Source of the DNA: Polyangiaceae bacterium
GTDB taxonomy: Bacteria; Myxococcota_A; Polyangia; HGW-17; JALWFW01
DNA length: 46,825 nucleotides
Assembly: GCA_027013865.1 (NCBI GenBank)
Contig: JALWFW010000119.1
Coordinates: 1-46,825, forward strand
Direction of reading: 5' to 3'
The notes below the pieces were generated by a model. The model was not told the origin of the DNA. It saw only the letters and a program-made list of their open reading frames with translations, and searched no databases. Below are positions 38,901 through 46,825 of this stretch, piece after piece. Position numbers and translations under genes: made by a program. Within the stretch, counting starts at the first letter, position 1. Every line of letters begins with the position of its first letter.

Positions 38901-41900
38901 AGGCCCTGGAGGAACTCCATTTCGATATGGAGGCGTGGGATTCCCTCATCGCCCTTTATGAACACCGTATTCAGTACGTGGACACCCTAGATGAGGCCGT
39001 TGACATACGTTTCTCGATGGGAGAGATATACGCGGACTTCCTGGATGAGCCAGAGCGGGCGCTGGAAATGTTTAGGGCGGCTCTGGGAGGTGATCCCAGA
39101 CGCCAGGATACGATAGAGCGCCTGGAACGCTTCCTGGAGCATGAGGATCTGAAATACGAGGCAGCAGAATATCTCAATCCGGTCTATGCTGCTGCCCAGG
39201 AATGGACGAAGCTCATCAAGGTACTGGAGATACAGCGCGAAAATACCATGGAGCCGGAGGTAAGGGCGGGTCTCACCAGGCGTATAGCCGGTATTTACGA
39301 AGACCAACTCGAGAATCTGGAGGGAGCATTCGAGTGGTATGGAAAGCTCCTCATGGAGCAGACGGACTCTTCTCAGGTACGTTTGCGTCTGGTTCATCTC
39401 GCTGAGGAGCTGGACAAATGGGCACAGGTTGCAGACATCTTCGAGGCCGTACTCAAGGAGGGTATGGCTTCGGAGGAAACCGTTTCTACCATAACGGAGA
39501 CTCTTGCCCGTATCTATGCTGACAGACTGGATGATGTACAGAAGGCAAGGGAGCATTACCTCCAGATCTTGATGAATCATCCTGAACGGAAGGATATATT
39601 CAGAGAGCTGGAGGATCTTCTCATCCGTAAAGAGCGGTGGGACAACCTTGCCGAACTGTATCGCGAGGCAGCAGACTCCACATACGATGCTGAAGAGAAG
39701 AATTCTCATCTCTATAAACTGGGCGAAATTCTCGAGACAAAACTGGAGCGCAAGGAGGATTCCATAGAGGTTTACCGGGAGATTCTGGATTCTACTCCAT
39801 CCGAAGAGAGGGCAGCCTCAGCCCTGGAGCGCCTTTATACAGAGCTGGAGCGTTGGGAGGATCTCGCAGAACTCTATATTACTCTCGTGGAGCGCACGAA
39901 TGCCCCTGCAGCACGTGCAGAGCTCAAGCTCAAATTGAGCGAACTGAATCGTTCTCGCCTGAACGATATTCCGGCGGCTCTCGACAACATAGAGGATATA
40001 CTGGCCATGGATGGCACCAACGAAGATGCGGTTCTCCTTCTCGAGGAGATGCTGGATGGAGAGGAGGAGCGTCTGCGGGTGGCCACTATGCTGGAGCCGG
40101 TGTATGGCGCTTTGGGGGACGTAGAGAAACTTCTCAAGGTCTATGAAGTTCAGGTCGAAGAGCTGGACGATGATGTACGTAAAATAGAACTTCTACGTAA
40201 GTGTGTGGAAATACACGAGAATTTCGATAGGTACAACGAAGCTTTCGATGCAATGTCCCGTGCATGGCTCCTGGATACTTCATCCAGGGACAATCTTGAC
40301 AGACTCCATGAACTTGCCATCAGGTCGGAGAGGTGGCCGGACTACGTCAGAGTGCTCGAAGAGGGCGTCGACGAGATATACGATGTCGAGCTGCAGGCCG
40401 AGGTCTATCTGCGTATAGCCCTGATTCATGAGGAAACTCTGGGTGAGACGGATAAGGCCATCGAAGTTTTGTGGAAGCTCCTCGATGTACGTGAGGATCA
40501 CTTCAGAGCGATAGAGATCCTGGAGACACTTCTCGAAGGGAAGGAACGCTGGAAGGAACTGGTCGAGCTGCTGGAGCGCAAAACCGGTGTTCTGTCGGAA
40601 CCCGAAGCCATGGCCGATGCGTTCCGTAAGATGGCTACAGTGCTTGGAGACAAGCTTGGTCAGCCGGAAGAGGCAATTGCTGCATGGAATTCCGTGCTAG
40701 AGAACATGCCAGAGGACAGGGAGGCTCTTGAGGCTCTTACTTCTCTGTATGAACTCACGGAAAACTGGCAGGAGCTGGCAGATACACTGGGTAGGCGTCT
40801 CGAACTAGAGGAAGATCCGGAGCGCTACCGTGAACTCGCCATGAGGGCTGCAGCCGTGTACACCGAGAAACTGGAGGACAGTTTCGAGGCCATAAGAGTG
40901 CTCAGGGCGCTGCTGGAGCGTATCCCGGATGATTTGGATGCCATGGACCGTCTGGCGGCTCTCCTACGAGGCGAAGAGAGCTGGGACGAACTCGTGGCAC
41001 TACAGGACAGAATGCTCATGCTGGTGGATGACGACCGGCGCAATGATCTGCTCTTCGACACGGCACGCATAGTTCGAGATGAACTCGGAGATTCGATGCA
41101 GGCCGTTCAGAAACTTCGCACGATACTGGAGTTCTCACCCGATTTCACGGAAGCGGTACGAGAACTGGAATCCATGCTAGAGGAAGATGACCAGAGGGAG
41201 GCGGCCGCTCCAGTGCTGGAATGGTATCACTCCTCACGGGACGACAGAACGGCTCTGGTGGCTCTCTACGAGAAACTCCTAGAGTATGAAGACGATCCAG
41301 AGCGCCGTACAGAACTTCTGGCCAGCATAGGAGAACTTCATATTCAGCGCTCCGATGCAAAGGCAGCTTTCGACGCATGGGCCAGGCTCTTTAGGGAACG
41401 TCCAGATTATTCCGGCGTGCAGGAGAAACTCGACATGCTTGCTGGAGAGGCCGAGGAGTGGCAGCAGCTTGCAGAACTGTATCTCTCGGTGTTGGATGAT
41501 ATCTATGATGATGACATGCGCAGGGCCCTGTTCATGAAAGTGGCACGTATTTACGAGTATTCCTTGCAGGACAAGTCCAGGGCCATCAGGACCCTTCAGG
41601 CTGCAAAGGAAGCTCTTCCCACTGACAGGGAGGTTCTCCGGGAACTCGACAGACTCCTGACCGAGTCTGGCCGAAACGAAGAACTGCTGGAGGTACTGAC
41701 TGCCGAGATCGAGGCAGAAGAAGAGATGGCAGCCAAGGCCGAGCTTCTGCGCAGGCTGGGGGCTATCCGTCTGGAGGTATCTGGCGATGCCATGGGGGCT
41801 CTGGAAGCGTGGGAGGAAGCATGGCAGGCGATGTCTGGCGAGGAAAGTACCATCTCCTTGCTGGAATCGCTCCTGGATACTGAAGATCGAGAGCTTCTGG

Positions 41901-44116
41901 AGCGTCTCCTAGATGTGCTTGCACCCATTTATGAGACTTTGGGGGATCCGGCCAGGAAGATTCATCTGTTGCGTCGTAGACTGGTTCTGACAGATGACGA
42001 TATGGAGCGGGCTTCCATATTCGAAAGTATTGCCACGGTGGCTGCGGAATCTGGAGATATGCAGGTGGCCCTCGAGGCATGGGCGGAGGCTCTCAAGGCT
42101 CAGCCAGAGGATGCTGGATATCTTCAGAAGTTCCTGCACGTATCAGAGACTGCCGACAGTGTGGAATTCGCCGTGGATGAAATCCGGAAGATTCTGGAGA
42201 GTCCCGATCTCGACCCGGATGCAGGTGCCCGAATCGCTCTTGAAACGAGTGATCTGGCATTGAGAGCCGGACTGCTCGAAAAAACCGAACAACTGTACGC
42301 CAAGGGTCGCGAATTCCAGCCTGAAAATCCGGATATCCTGAGGCGTATGGAGCGACTGTACAGAGCCCAGGAACGTACAGAAGAACTGATGACCGTCCTG
42401 GAGGCTAGGGCCGAGATAGAGTACGACCTGGCTGAGAAACGTGTCCTGCTCGTTGAGTTGGCGCGTCTCGCCGAATCCACGGGCGCTACTGACAGGGCCA
42501 TAGCGGCATGGCAGGAGGTGCTTGAACTCGACGACATGGATTCAGAGGCCCGATCGGAACTCGCCCGACTCCTGGAACAGGCGGAGAAGTGGGCTCAGTT
42601 GGTGGAACTGCTGGATACAGCCGTATCCTATGAGCAGGATCCCGACAGAGCACGGAAACTGCGTCATCAAAAAGCTGAGATTCTCGAGACCAAAATGGGC
42701 AGAGAAGACGAAGCTCTGGATGCCTGGCGTGACGCCTATGACATGGATCCGGCTGATGAAACGGCGTTTGAGGCTCTCCTCAGACTCTATGAGCAGAAAG
42801 GTGAGTGGGATGAGGTCAAGGACCTGTATCTTAACCGTCTTGCCATGCTGCAGGACAGCACAGAGAAACTCGCAGTTCTGCGTAGACTTGCCAAAATATG
42901 TGATGAACGGCTCGGGGATCTCGATGAGGCGGCGGATTACCTGAGGCAGGCCTTCGAGGAGGATCCAGGAGATGATGAGATATTCGAACAGCTCACGGAC
43001 CTCCTGCGCCGCAAGGAAGACTGGTACGATTTAGCGGATTACTATGAGAAGAGAGCCGAGTACTTCAAGACTATCGACATCAAGAAGGCCCTGGATCTAC
43101 TCTCCGAGACTGCTGGCGTGTGGATAGACAGACTGGAGTCACCTGATCGCGCGGCAGAAATTTACAAGAAAATCCTTGAGATCGACGCTTCCAACGTTGC
43201 TGCCCTGGCTGGTCTTGCCGGTTATTACGAGTCCATGGAGAACTGGGACGAGTGCCGCAGGTATCTCGATCAGGCAGCACTCCTGGAGCCCACGGGTCGT
43301 GATGGGGCAGTGCTTGCATTCCGCCGTGCCCGGGTAGTGCTGAAACTCGGCAATCAGGAGGATTATGAGCGTCTGATGTGGGAAGCCATTCAGCACGATC
43401 CCTCATACAGAGAGGCCGCCGAAGAGCTCGAGAAGTACCTTAGAGACAGAGGCAACAGTGAGGGTTTAGCGAAACTTTACAATCGCATGCTCCCGGTGGT
43501 CAAGGATTCCGACAGACGGCTCAAGGTTCTGGTGGAACTTGCCCAGCTTTATGCCCAGCTTGGAGCACCTGACGCAGCGCGTCCGCTCGTAGAGGAGGCT
43601 TCTTCGATGGCACCTGACGATCCAGCGGTGAAGCGTCTGGAGGCCGATGTTTTGGCTGCATCAGGTGACCATGACAGAGCAGAAGCTGCGTATATGGCTC
43701 TCATAAGTCAACTCGAAGGCAACCGTTCCCAGCGCCGCGAACTTGCCATGGTATATAAAAAGCTCAGTGATCTAGCTAGGTTACGTGGTGATTTGGATAA
43801 GGCTGTCGAGTGGATGACTCAGGCCCAGAAGACGGATCGGACGAATGCCCTGTACGTGTTCGAGCTGGGTAGACTGGAATTCGACAAGGGTGACTACAAA
43901 GCCGCGGTGAAACATTTCCAGTCTCTTCTATTTAGAGCTGCTTCAGGTGACATAGGCGTATCCAAGGATGAACTCATGTATCATCTTGCCAGTGCAGAGT
44001 TCGAGCTTGGAGACATGCGTAAGGCCAAAAAGTACACTCTTGACGGTCTGGATGTTAATTCCAGTCATGAAGGCCTCATCGCTCTCAAGGCGAAAATAGA
44101 GTCCAAGGAGGGCTGA
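32912..44116 (+). CDS. giant (3,734 aa) acidic tetratricopeptide-repeat (TPR) protein, no signal peptide or TM
   Basis: A single uninterrupted 11.2-kb ORF. A helical repeat signature recurs throughout (A..x.Y..IL..DP....A...L..LYE...RW..L..L). The start is uncertain: TTG 32912 from the track, or the first in-frame ATG at 32969 (MLNRIKSK). Confidence 0.9.
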   Translation: MAPNGDTARKTTGARERAAMLNRIKSKIAELVKGDSGNLEELRELVNEYQENEDTGELVVILVDAHHELVKRWNPEQAYNLLFMAASLSPDDMDMKRLGAKLLDDYLWNYPIAKQVLEDLASREPDGPWASRVEEMAMEAEKAEELYSRYRETAEGSDDGAISARMYLKAAEVAVRYLDGADEALQLLRRSFSLVPSADAGLHLSVLLRHEEQTEELLDVLEKGASIVDDREQSAYLYLESAVMAKNRGDLDRAEELVRKSLESLPLQQARELLADILAEGEKWEDLISFYEDEIKHTRHPDPGLYLQLGMLWWRQVGDLDTAEQYFQRYRKTDPASPVLLQFYYDYYTSKDDHTRLVALLQQAYRAVQDDEPRALEITRMIARVSEELMELPERAIDQWKKYLKKHKGSQEAISELKRLYEVTGKWTSLVEIYKEEANIVPDEELERKKELMERMAAIYREKLGVPLMAANVYQSILKLDPTDERIIDALAREYESLERWTDLINLYSKYAESSDGEKRKELYLKIARLWLDRLSNPNKATEPLEKVLELEPDNREVMGLLRDIYEKRRNWLGIYGIGLRELQLIPEEERLEPTVELARLAQTRLGKVDIAIDTWNRVLELDPYHQEALEGLAQLYERAKRYAAVVEVLLRLIEKNPNDIQHLEKAAVLFTDRVGASGPKAIELWEKVLDAKPRHPKAIKILKTLYVEQKDWDSLYKLFEEQNNWLAYIDTLLAAADKTSEVSDKVELLFKVADAWKEKVGKPERAIKAYEKILEVDGSNIKAAQELLPIYEAAQKWADLLRVRAILFRLYEDEDERLLELEEMIDIAESHLREAHEAFRWASEAYRIRPFDNDNAERVERLAEACGAWDELDTVYEDVSARLQGEERNRVLLKLARLRMEKLGSLDDAERVLSSILETDSGNLDALDLLASIYEQKEDWEKLLDILGQGARMASGERHLDYLTRQADVYENKLGDDEKALAIHTEILEGNPTHLPSLEAVHRLYERTGRWELLEDIYLREIELVDDPERLVSLQYGLGALYVRLERLEEAVERFSVVLDSEPSHEATVTMLRELLGREDVDSALKMEMSRLLAPYYKAQEEWDEYAQVLEIMAKSSESEDERVGYYRELLDVLKARDTQYAFRVALELVKLRPYDEEVRNTARSLAIIEESLPHLIEIYLEVWERDEELKKVMAWELARIHMDEMDSQEQAEEYLLTVLRIDPLHDEAFSELESMYASSEKWEKLRDLYSTRLDALSDEQARRELLQKLGELCEDKLTDIDGAIDAYSALRDLDPSSNVAFAALQALYDLAERWEDMVELLLDRIDYVEEDEVKAGILNMAASVQFEKLGHPEDALATLESLISFDPLNSEAKEMLRRLMENPETRHSAAQLLAKIYDLEDDFESLVSVLEVQIEGAESDEAVSMLRREAEIYTRELGEVEKAFDCLRRAVLLSPDSEDVVREFSNYAAQLDKFTELVEVYEKVVDGTLEDDERTAITFMMRIAGVYQQELAAPRKAVEWYKKVLPKVEDDIELKSRVVEELIALGQELEEWFDVMDMLRLRLEWVTDPDERRQIFMNIAQIQEELLEAPEEALVTFEEAAEEFPEDVLILDRLADLYGRLEKWDKLVEVLERKAELSQEPEQRRELYARMALIREESRNDIEGAVEAWNRVLDENPDDMEALRRLARLEEKLGEWEQVLEYLDRQLTLEEDGDRKIELRYKMGEILHRQMEELDRAILEYERVIQEDPAHGSTIAALEEIMNSEDEGYALQSAEILEKIYLASEDWAAMCRVYDLRATYAMDPEEKVELLRRVATIYAEQLDDTDRAFEYYGKAFTEALSSPLLKEIFEEYQRLASILNRWGDFVDTCRRGVEDISDPEIQETVLLSIGDVARDILEDMALAEEYYRKALDNEPNNLHALDALERVYEETEKWQELKEIYQQRAEIAYSDPDLRREKLMGAARLVREKLDAKDEAVQIYEEILEFRPEDVEVFKALEELHFDMEAWDSLIALYEHRIQYVDTLDEAVDIRFSMGEIYADFLDEPERALEMFRAALGGDPRRQDTIERLERFLEHEDLKYEAAEYLNPVYAAAQEWTKLIKVLEIQRENTMEPEVRAGLTRRIAGIYEDQLENLEGAFEWYGKLLMEQTDSSQVRLRLVHLAEELDKWAQVADIFEAVLKEGMASEETVSTITETLARIYADRLDDVQKAREHYLQILMNHPERKDIFRELEDLLIRKERWDNLAELYREAADSTYDAEEKNSHLYKLGEILETKLERKEDSIEVYREILDSTPSEERAASALERLYTELERWEDLAELYITLVERTNAPAARAELKLKLSELNRSRLNDIPAALDNIEDILAMDGTNEDAVLLLEEMLDGEEERLRVATMLEPVYGALGDVEKLLKVYEVQVEELDDDVRKIELLRKCVEIHENFDRYNEAFDAMSRAWLLDTSSRDNLDRLHELAIRSERWPDYVRVLEEGVDEIYDVELQAEVYLRIALIHEETLGETDKAIEVLWKLLDVREDHFRAIEILETLLEGKERWKELVELLERKTGVLSEPEAMADAFRKMATVLGDKLGQPEEAIAAWNSVLENMPEDREALEALTSLYELTENWQELADTLGRRLELEEDPERYRELAMRAAAVYTEKLEDSFEAIRVLRALLERIPDDLDAMDRLAALLRGEESWDELVALQDRMLMLVDDDRRNDLLFDTARIVRDELGDSMQAVQKLRTILEFSPDFTEAVRELESMLEEDDQREAAAPVLEWYHSSRDDRTALVALYEKLLEYEDDPERRTELLASIGELHIQRSDAKAAFDAWARLFRERPDYSGVQEKLDMLAGEAEEWQQLAELYLSVLDDIYDDDMRRALFMKVARIYEYSLQDKSRAIRTLQAAKEALPTDREVLRELDRLLTESGRNEELLEVLTAEIEAEEEMAAKAELLRRLGAIRLEVSGDAMGALEAWEEAWQAMSGEESTISLLESLLDTEDRELLERLLDVLAPIYETLGDPARKIHLLRRRLVLTDDDMERASIFESIATVAAESGDMQVALEAWAEALKAQPEDAGYLQKFLHVSETADSVEFAVDEIRKILESPDLDPDAGARIALETSDLALRAGLLEKTEQLYAKGREFQPENPDILRRMERLYRAQERTEELMTVLEARAEIEYDLAEKRVLLVELARLAESTGATDRAIAAWQEVLELDDMDSEARSELARLLEQAEKWAQLVELLDTAVSYEQDPDRARKLRHQKAEILETKMGREDEALDAWRDAYDMDPADETAFEALLRLYEQKGEWDEVKDLYLNRLAMLQDSTEKLAVLRRLAKICDERLGDLDEAADYLRQAFEEDPGDDEIFEQLTDLLRRKEDWYDLADYYEKRAEYFKTIDIKKALDLLSETAGVWIDRLESPDRAAEIYKKILEIDASNVAALAGLAGYYESMENWDECRRYLDQAALLEPTGRDGAVLAFRRARVVLKLGNQEDYERLMWEAIQHDPSYREAAEELEKYLRDRGNSEGLAKLYNRMLPVVKDSDRRLKVLVELAQLYAQLGAPDAARPLVEEASSMAPDDPAVKRLEADVLAASGDHDRAEAAYMALISQLEGNRSQRRELAMVYKKLSDLARLRGDLDKAVEWMTQAQKTDRTNALYVFELGRLEFDKGDYKAAVKHFQSLLFRAASGDIGVSKDELMYHLASAEFELGDMRKAKKYTLDGLDVNSSHEGLIALKAKIESKEG

Positions 44117-44124
44117 CCCGCTAC

Positions 44125-44766
44125 ATGTCTCCTGCAAAGTCCTTTGAAATCAGCAGTGTGAATTTCATAAAAGGGGCACGTAACATCAGGCAGATGCCAG
44201 AGGATGACGTCCCCGAAATAGTGGTAGCCGGCCGTTCCAATGTGGGGAAATCATCCCTTTTGAGGGAACTGTTTGCCTCTAGAAAACTCGTTCGGGTCAG
44301 CAAGACACCGGGGCGCACGAGGGAAATAAATCTTTTTGGTGTGAGTTTGGCTGACGGCAGGAGGTTCAGGGTGGCTGACCTGCCGGGATATGGGTATGCA
44401 AAGGTGCCCATGTCCCTCAAACAAGAATGGGGGCAGTTCATATCGGAGTATCTGGATAGAAGGCAGAGCATACATCTTGTTCTGGTGCTTGTGGATGCCC
44501 GGCGTATGCTTGATCGTGGCCTGGACGATCTGGAACTGTCATTCTTCACATGGTTGCAATCCCTGGGAAGACCCAGTGCTCTGGTGTTCACCAAGACTGA
44601 CAAAGTGCCCAAAACCAGGTGGGGCGAACTCAGGTTACGTGTACGTTCGGTCCTCGGCCGAAGTGTTCCTGTTGTGCTGTTTTCTGCGTCCACGGGGCAG
44701 GGCCTGGAGGATCTCAAAAAGACGATTTCCCGTTTCTTGCCTGATAAGGACGAGCTCAAAACCTGA
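44125..44766 (+). CDS. engB: ribosome biogenesis GTPase EngB/YsxC/YihA
   Basis: EIVVAGRSNVGKSSLLREL (G1), KTPGRTREINLF (G2), ADLPGYGYAKV (G3) and FTKTDK (G4). It starts 8 nt after the TPR gene's stop. Confidence 0.92.
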   Translation: MSPAKSFEISSVNFIKGARNIRQMPEDDVPEIVVAGRSNVGKSSLLRELFASRKLVRVSKTPGRTREINLFGVSLADGRRFRVADLPGYGYAKVPMSLKQEWGQFISEYLDRRQSIHLVLVLVDARRMLDRGLDDLELSFFTWLQSLGRPSALVFTKTDKVPKTRWGELRLRVRSVLGRSVPVVLFSASTGQGLEDLKKTISRFLPDKDELKT

Positions 44767-44785
44767 CCGTCCGGTATGTTGTATC

Positions 44786-45259
44786 ATGGGAGCAGAAGTG
44801 ACGGAGCTGGAACTGGCACCTGTGTCCAGGGAGGATATGGAGCAGCTTTTGGAGCTTGAGAGGCTGTCATTCGCTTCTCCGTGGACCAGGGGAATGTTCG
44901 AATCGGAATTTGACAACCCCTTTGCCTTCATAATAGGTCTGTGGGATGGCTCGAGGCTGGTTGCATATCTCGATTACTGGATAATGGGTGACGAAGCCCA
45001 CGTCATGACCATTGGTGTCCATCCTGATTACCGCCGCAGAGGGCTGGCACTCAGGCTGATGAATGAGATGGTAGCAGCTGTCAGGCATGCACGTTGTGCC
45101 TATGTGATACTGGAAGCACGCGTATCCAATACCCCTGCTTTGGCGCTCTATTCCAAACTGGGATTCGTCCGTGTCGGAACAAGAAAGAAATATTATACCG
45201 ACAACGGGGAGGATGCCGTGGTCATGCTGCTTCCTATCAGGGAGAAATACGATGAGTGA
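44786..45259 (+). CDS. rimI: GNAT N-acetyltransferase, ribosomal-protein-alanine acetyltransferase (RimI)-like
   Basis: ELERLSFASPWTRGMFESE, the acetyl-CoA motif IGVHPDYRRRGLALRLM, and LEARVSNTPALALYSKLGFVRVGTRKKYY. The track ORF from 44390 overlaps engB out of frame. The first Met after the engB stop is 44786. Confidence 0.85.
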   Translation: MGAEVTELELAPVSREDMEQLLELERLSFASPWTRGMFESEFDNPFAFIIGLWDGSRLVAYLDYWIMGDEAHVMTIGVHPDYRRRGLALRLMNEMVAAVRHARCAYVILEARVSNTPALALYSKLGFVRVGTRKKYYTDNGEDAVVMLLPIREKYDE

Positions 45260-46736
45260 TACTACTGTCCTGGACTCGTATCTGTTCCGGTCTCTCATGT
45301 CTTTCGTGGACACGGATGTACTATCCGATTCCTACGGTTCACCAGATCCTGCACACTGGAGGGAAGGACGCCTGAAAGGACCGGACCCGTGGACGGCAGG
45401 TATTTTATACGCTCTGAGTCGTATCGAGAGCCCTCCAGAGCTCGTGGACTGTGGTCTCAAGCATCTCGTTGCCAGGCAGGACAGAAACGGAGCCTTCCGA
45501 TCGGAGCGCTCCGAAGTGGAGCCTACTCCGTGGACAGCGCTCTTTCTTCAGTCGATGTTGTCCGATACCAGGATATCACGCTCCACTGCCGGTGCTGTCT
45601 CTCTCTCCGTGAAGAAGGCCTTGTCAAGGATGTGGGAGGATGCTGTTTTGTGGCCTCTTCCTGCCCGTATCGCATCACTTGCTGCATTCGCAGCTGCCGG
45701 GGATACCAAGGGAGTGGAGCGCCAACTGCGTCTCGTGCAGGAAGCCTGGGAAGAAGGCCCTGAGGTTGTACCCTGGATGTATCAGGCTCTGTGGCTGCTT
45801 ACCATGACTGTTGATAGAATTACGTTACCATCTTGGCTCATGGAGCGCTATGAAGCACTGATACTGGCTTCACAAATTCTGATGGATGGTGTTCAGTATC
45901 CCATGATTCCTGTTCCCCAGTGGGATACTCCGTTCGTGCCCTTTGTGCTGAGTATGCATGGTACGGTAGAGGAGTCAGACAGGATGACATACCTGATGGC
46001 TGCGTTACACGACGATACGTTGCCCATGCTGGCTGGTTCCCTGGCAACGTCTGTTTCGACTTCCCGGCACGATAGTGCCGATTTGGATGATAACTTATTG
46101 AAATTATTGAAGATTCGAGTTAAGGACGTGGGGGCGTACAGAATAGTAGTCTTCGCTTCTATTGGAGCATTTGCCGTCATCAACAGAGAAAGCGGCCATG
46201 TGGTAGCCTGGGATCAGGGCATAACCATGACTACTGGTGCCGGAAAACGGCTGTCCAACGCTATCTTTCATGAGCATCCCGAAATAGAACTACTGTCTGA
46301 TAGCATGACTATTCGTATGCGCCTTTCGGCTCCGGTATCGCTGGATATACCGGTTCCCGGCAGCGTCAGAAAGATGATTTCTTCAGGGGTTGACACAATC
46401 TCCAGACATGTTCCGCCACTGAGGCGCACAGGACAGCATATTTTGATTTTGCTAGAGCGATCCAAGAAAATGCCGGTGCTGGAAAGAAAGCTCATCTTTG
46501 GTAGTGACGGTATTGGAGCGGTGGACACTGTCATACTTCCCGAAGGCCATGAGGTCTCTGGAGCGCTTTTGGGAGCTGCGGATTATGGGCGTAGATTTTT
46601 GGGTTGGTTCGTTCCTTCTGATCCTTCCGGCTTCAGGTCCATGACCGAATGGGCACTGGTCCTCATGAAAGGGCGCGGACAATTTCAGCTCCGGCGGCGT
46701 TTTCGTGAAAAACCGTTGAAAGTCGAGGATTCGTAG
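45252..46736 (+). CDS. hypothetical protein (weak N-terminal resemblance to prenyltransferase/terpene-cyclase alpha-alpha toroid repeats)
   Basis: ATG 45252 overlaps the rimI stop as ATGAGTGA. The track ORF from 45171 is an out-of-frame overlap with rimI. The only motif noticed is HLVARQDRNGAF, which resembles the Q..dGgf repeat of PF00432-type proteins. This assignment is very tentative. Confidence 0.6.
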   Translation: MSDTTVLDSYLFRSLMSFVDTDVLSDSYGSPDPAHWREGRLKGPDPWTAGILYALSRIESPPELVDCGLKHLVARQDRNGAFRSERSEVEPTPWTALFLQSMLSDTRISRSTAGAVSLSVKKALSRMWEDAVLWPLPARIASLAAFAAAGDTKGVERQLRLVQEAWEEGPEVVPWMYQALWLLTMTVDRITLPSWLMERYEALILASQILMDGVQYPMIPVPQWDTPFVPFVLSMHGTVEESDRMTYLMAALHDDTLPMLAGSLATSVSTSRHDSADLDDNLLKLLKIRVKDVGAYRIVVFASIGAFAVINRESGHVVAWDQGITMTTGAGKRLSNAIFHEHPEIELLSDSMTIRMRLSAPVSLDIPVPGSVRKMISSGVDTISRHVPPLRRTGQHILILLERSKKMPVLERKLIFGSDGIGAVDTVILPEGHEVSGALLGAADYGRRFLGWFVPSDPSGFRSMTEWALVLMKGRGQFQLRRRFREKPLKVEDS

Positions 46737-46825
46737 ACTGTGTAAGTGCCGATGGGGCATTCAGGTAATGAGATAGTTGGAGCAAGGGAATGAGACTTAG
46801 AAAGTACATGTTGCGTGTATCAGAT

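Noticed and set aside
44390-44785. 5' extension of the rimI ORF (track 44390-45259), and likewise 45171-45251 for the next gene and 31437-31499 for rpmB
   Set aside because: These extensions overlap the preceding, well-supported genes out of frame, or lack any SD in the case of rpmB. They simply reflect the longest-ORF rule. Conserved N-termini and SD sites support the shorter starts.

Overview
This is a chromosomal, gene-dense window with about 32 protein-coding genes. I found no rRNA, tRNA, CRISPR array, transposase or integrase.

Gene content by region:
- 1-4768: the distal part of a V/A-type ATP synthase operon in the order A-B-D-I-K. It is followed by a solitary FliQ/SctS-family gene and a Gly-rich hypothetical.
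- 5965-8001: metG.
- 8082-21830: mainly predicted lipoproteins and secreted proteins. These are two Myxococcus-type Cys-rich-repeat proteins (one with a lamin-tail domain, one with FG-GAP repeats), an M23 peptidase, a serpin, and an Ig-like lipoprotein split by a frameshift in a T7 run. Interleaved with them are dapF, an S1-domain protein, an E4R4-repeat membrane protein and a sigma-54 activator.
- 21969-32509: uvrD/pcrA, an EamA transporter, lon, a degenerate Ser/Thr-kinase-like protein, a second sigma-54 activator apparently co-transcribed with rpmB, and mrp/apbC.
- 32912-44116: one 11.2-kb ORF, about a quarter of the window, encoding a 3,734-aa acidic all-TPR protein. It is followed by engB, rimI and a hypothetical.

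The Cys-rich CGNG..GE.CD repeats, the sigma-54 enhancer-binding proteins, the kinase-like protein and the A-B-D-I-K gene order point weakly to a Myxococcota/Bdellovibrionota-like lineage. That is inference only.

I see no hallmark of a known defence or mobile system. The best candidates for something undescribed are:
- the giant TPR scaffold;
- the co-directional lipoprotein, serpin, M23 and sigma-54 activator cluster on the minus strand;
- the orphan FliQ-like gene next to the V-ATPase operon.

All functional calls come from reading motifs by eye. No database search was run.
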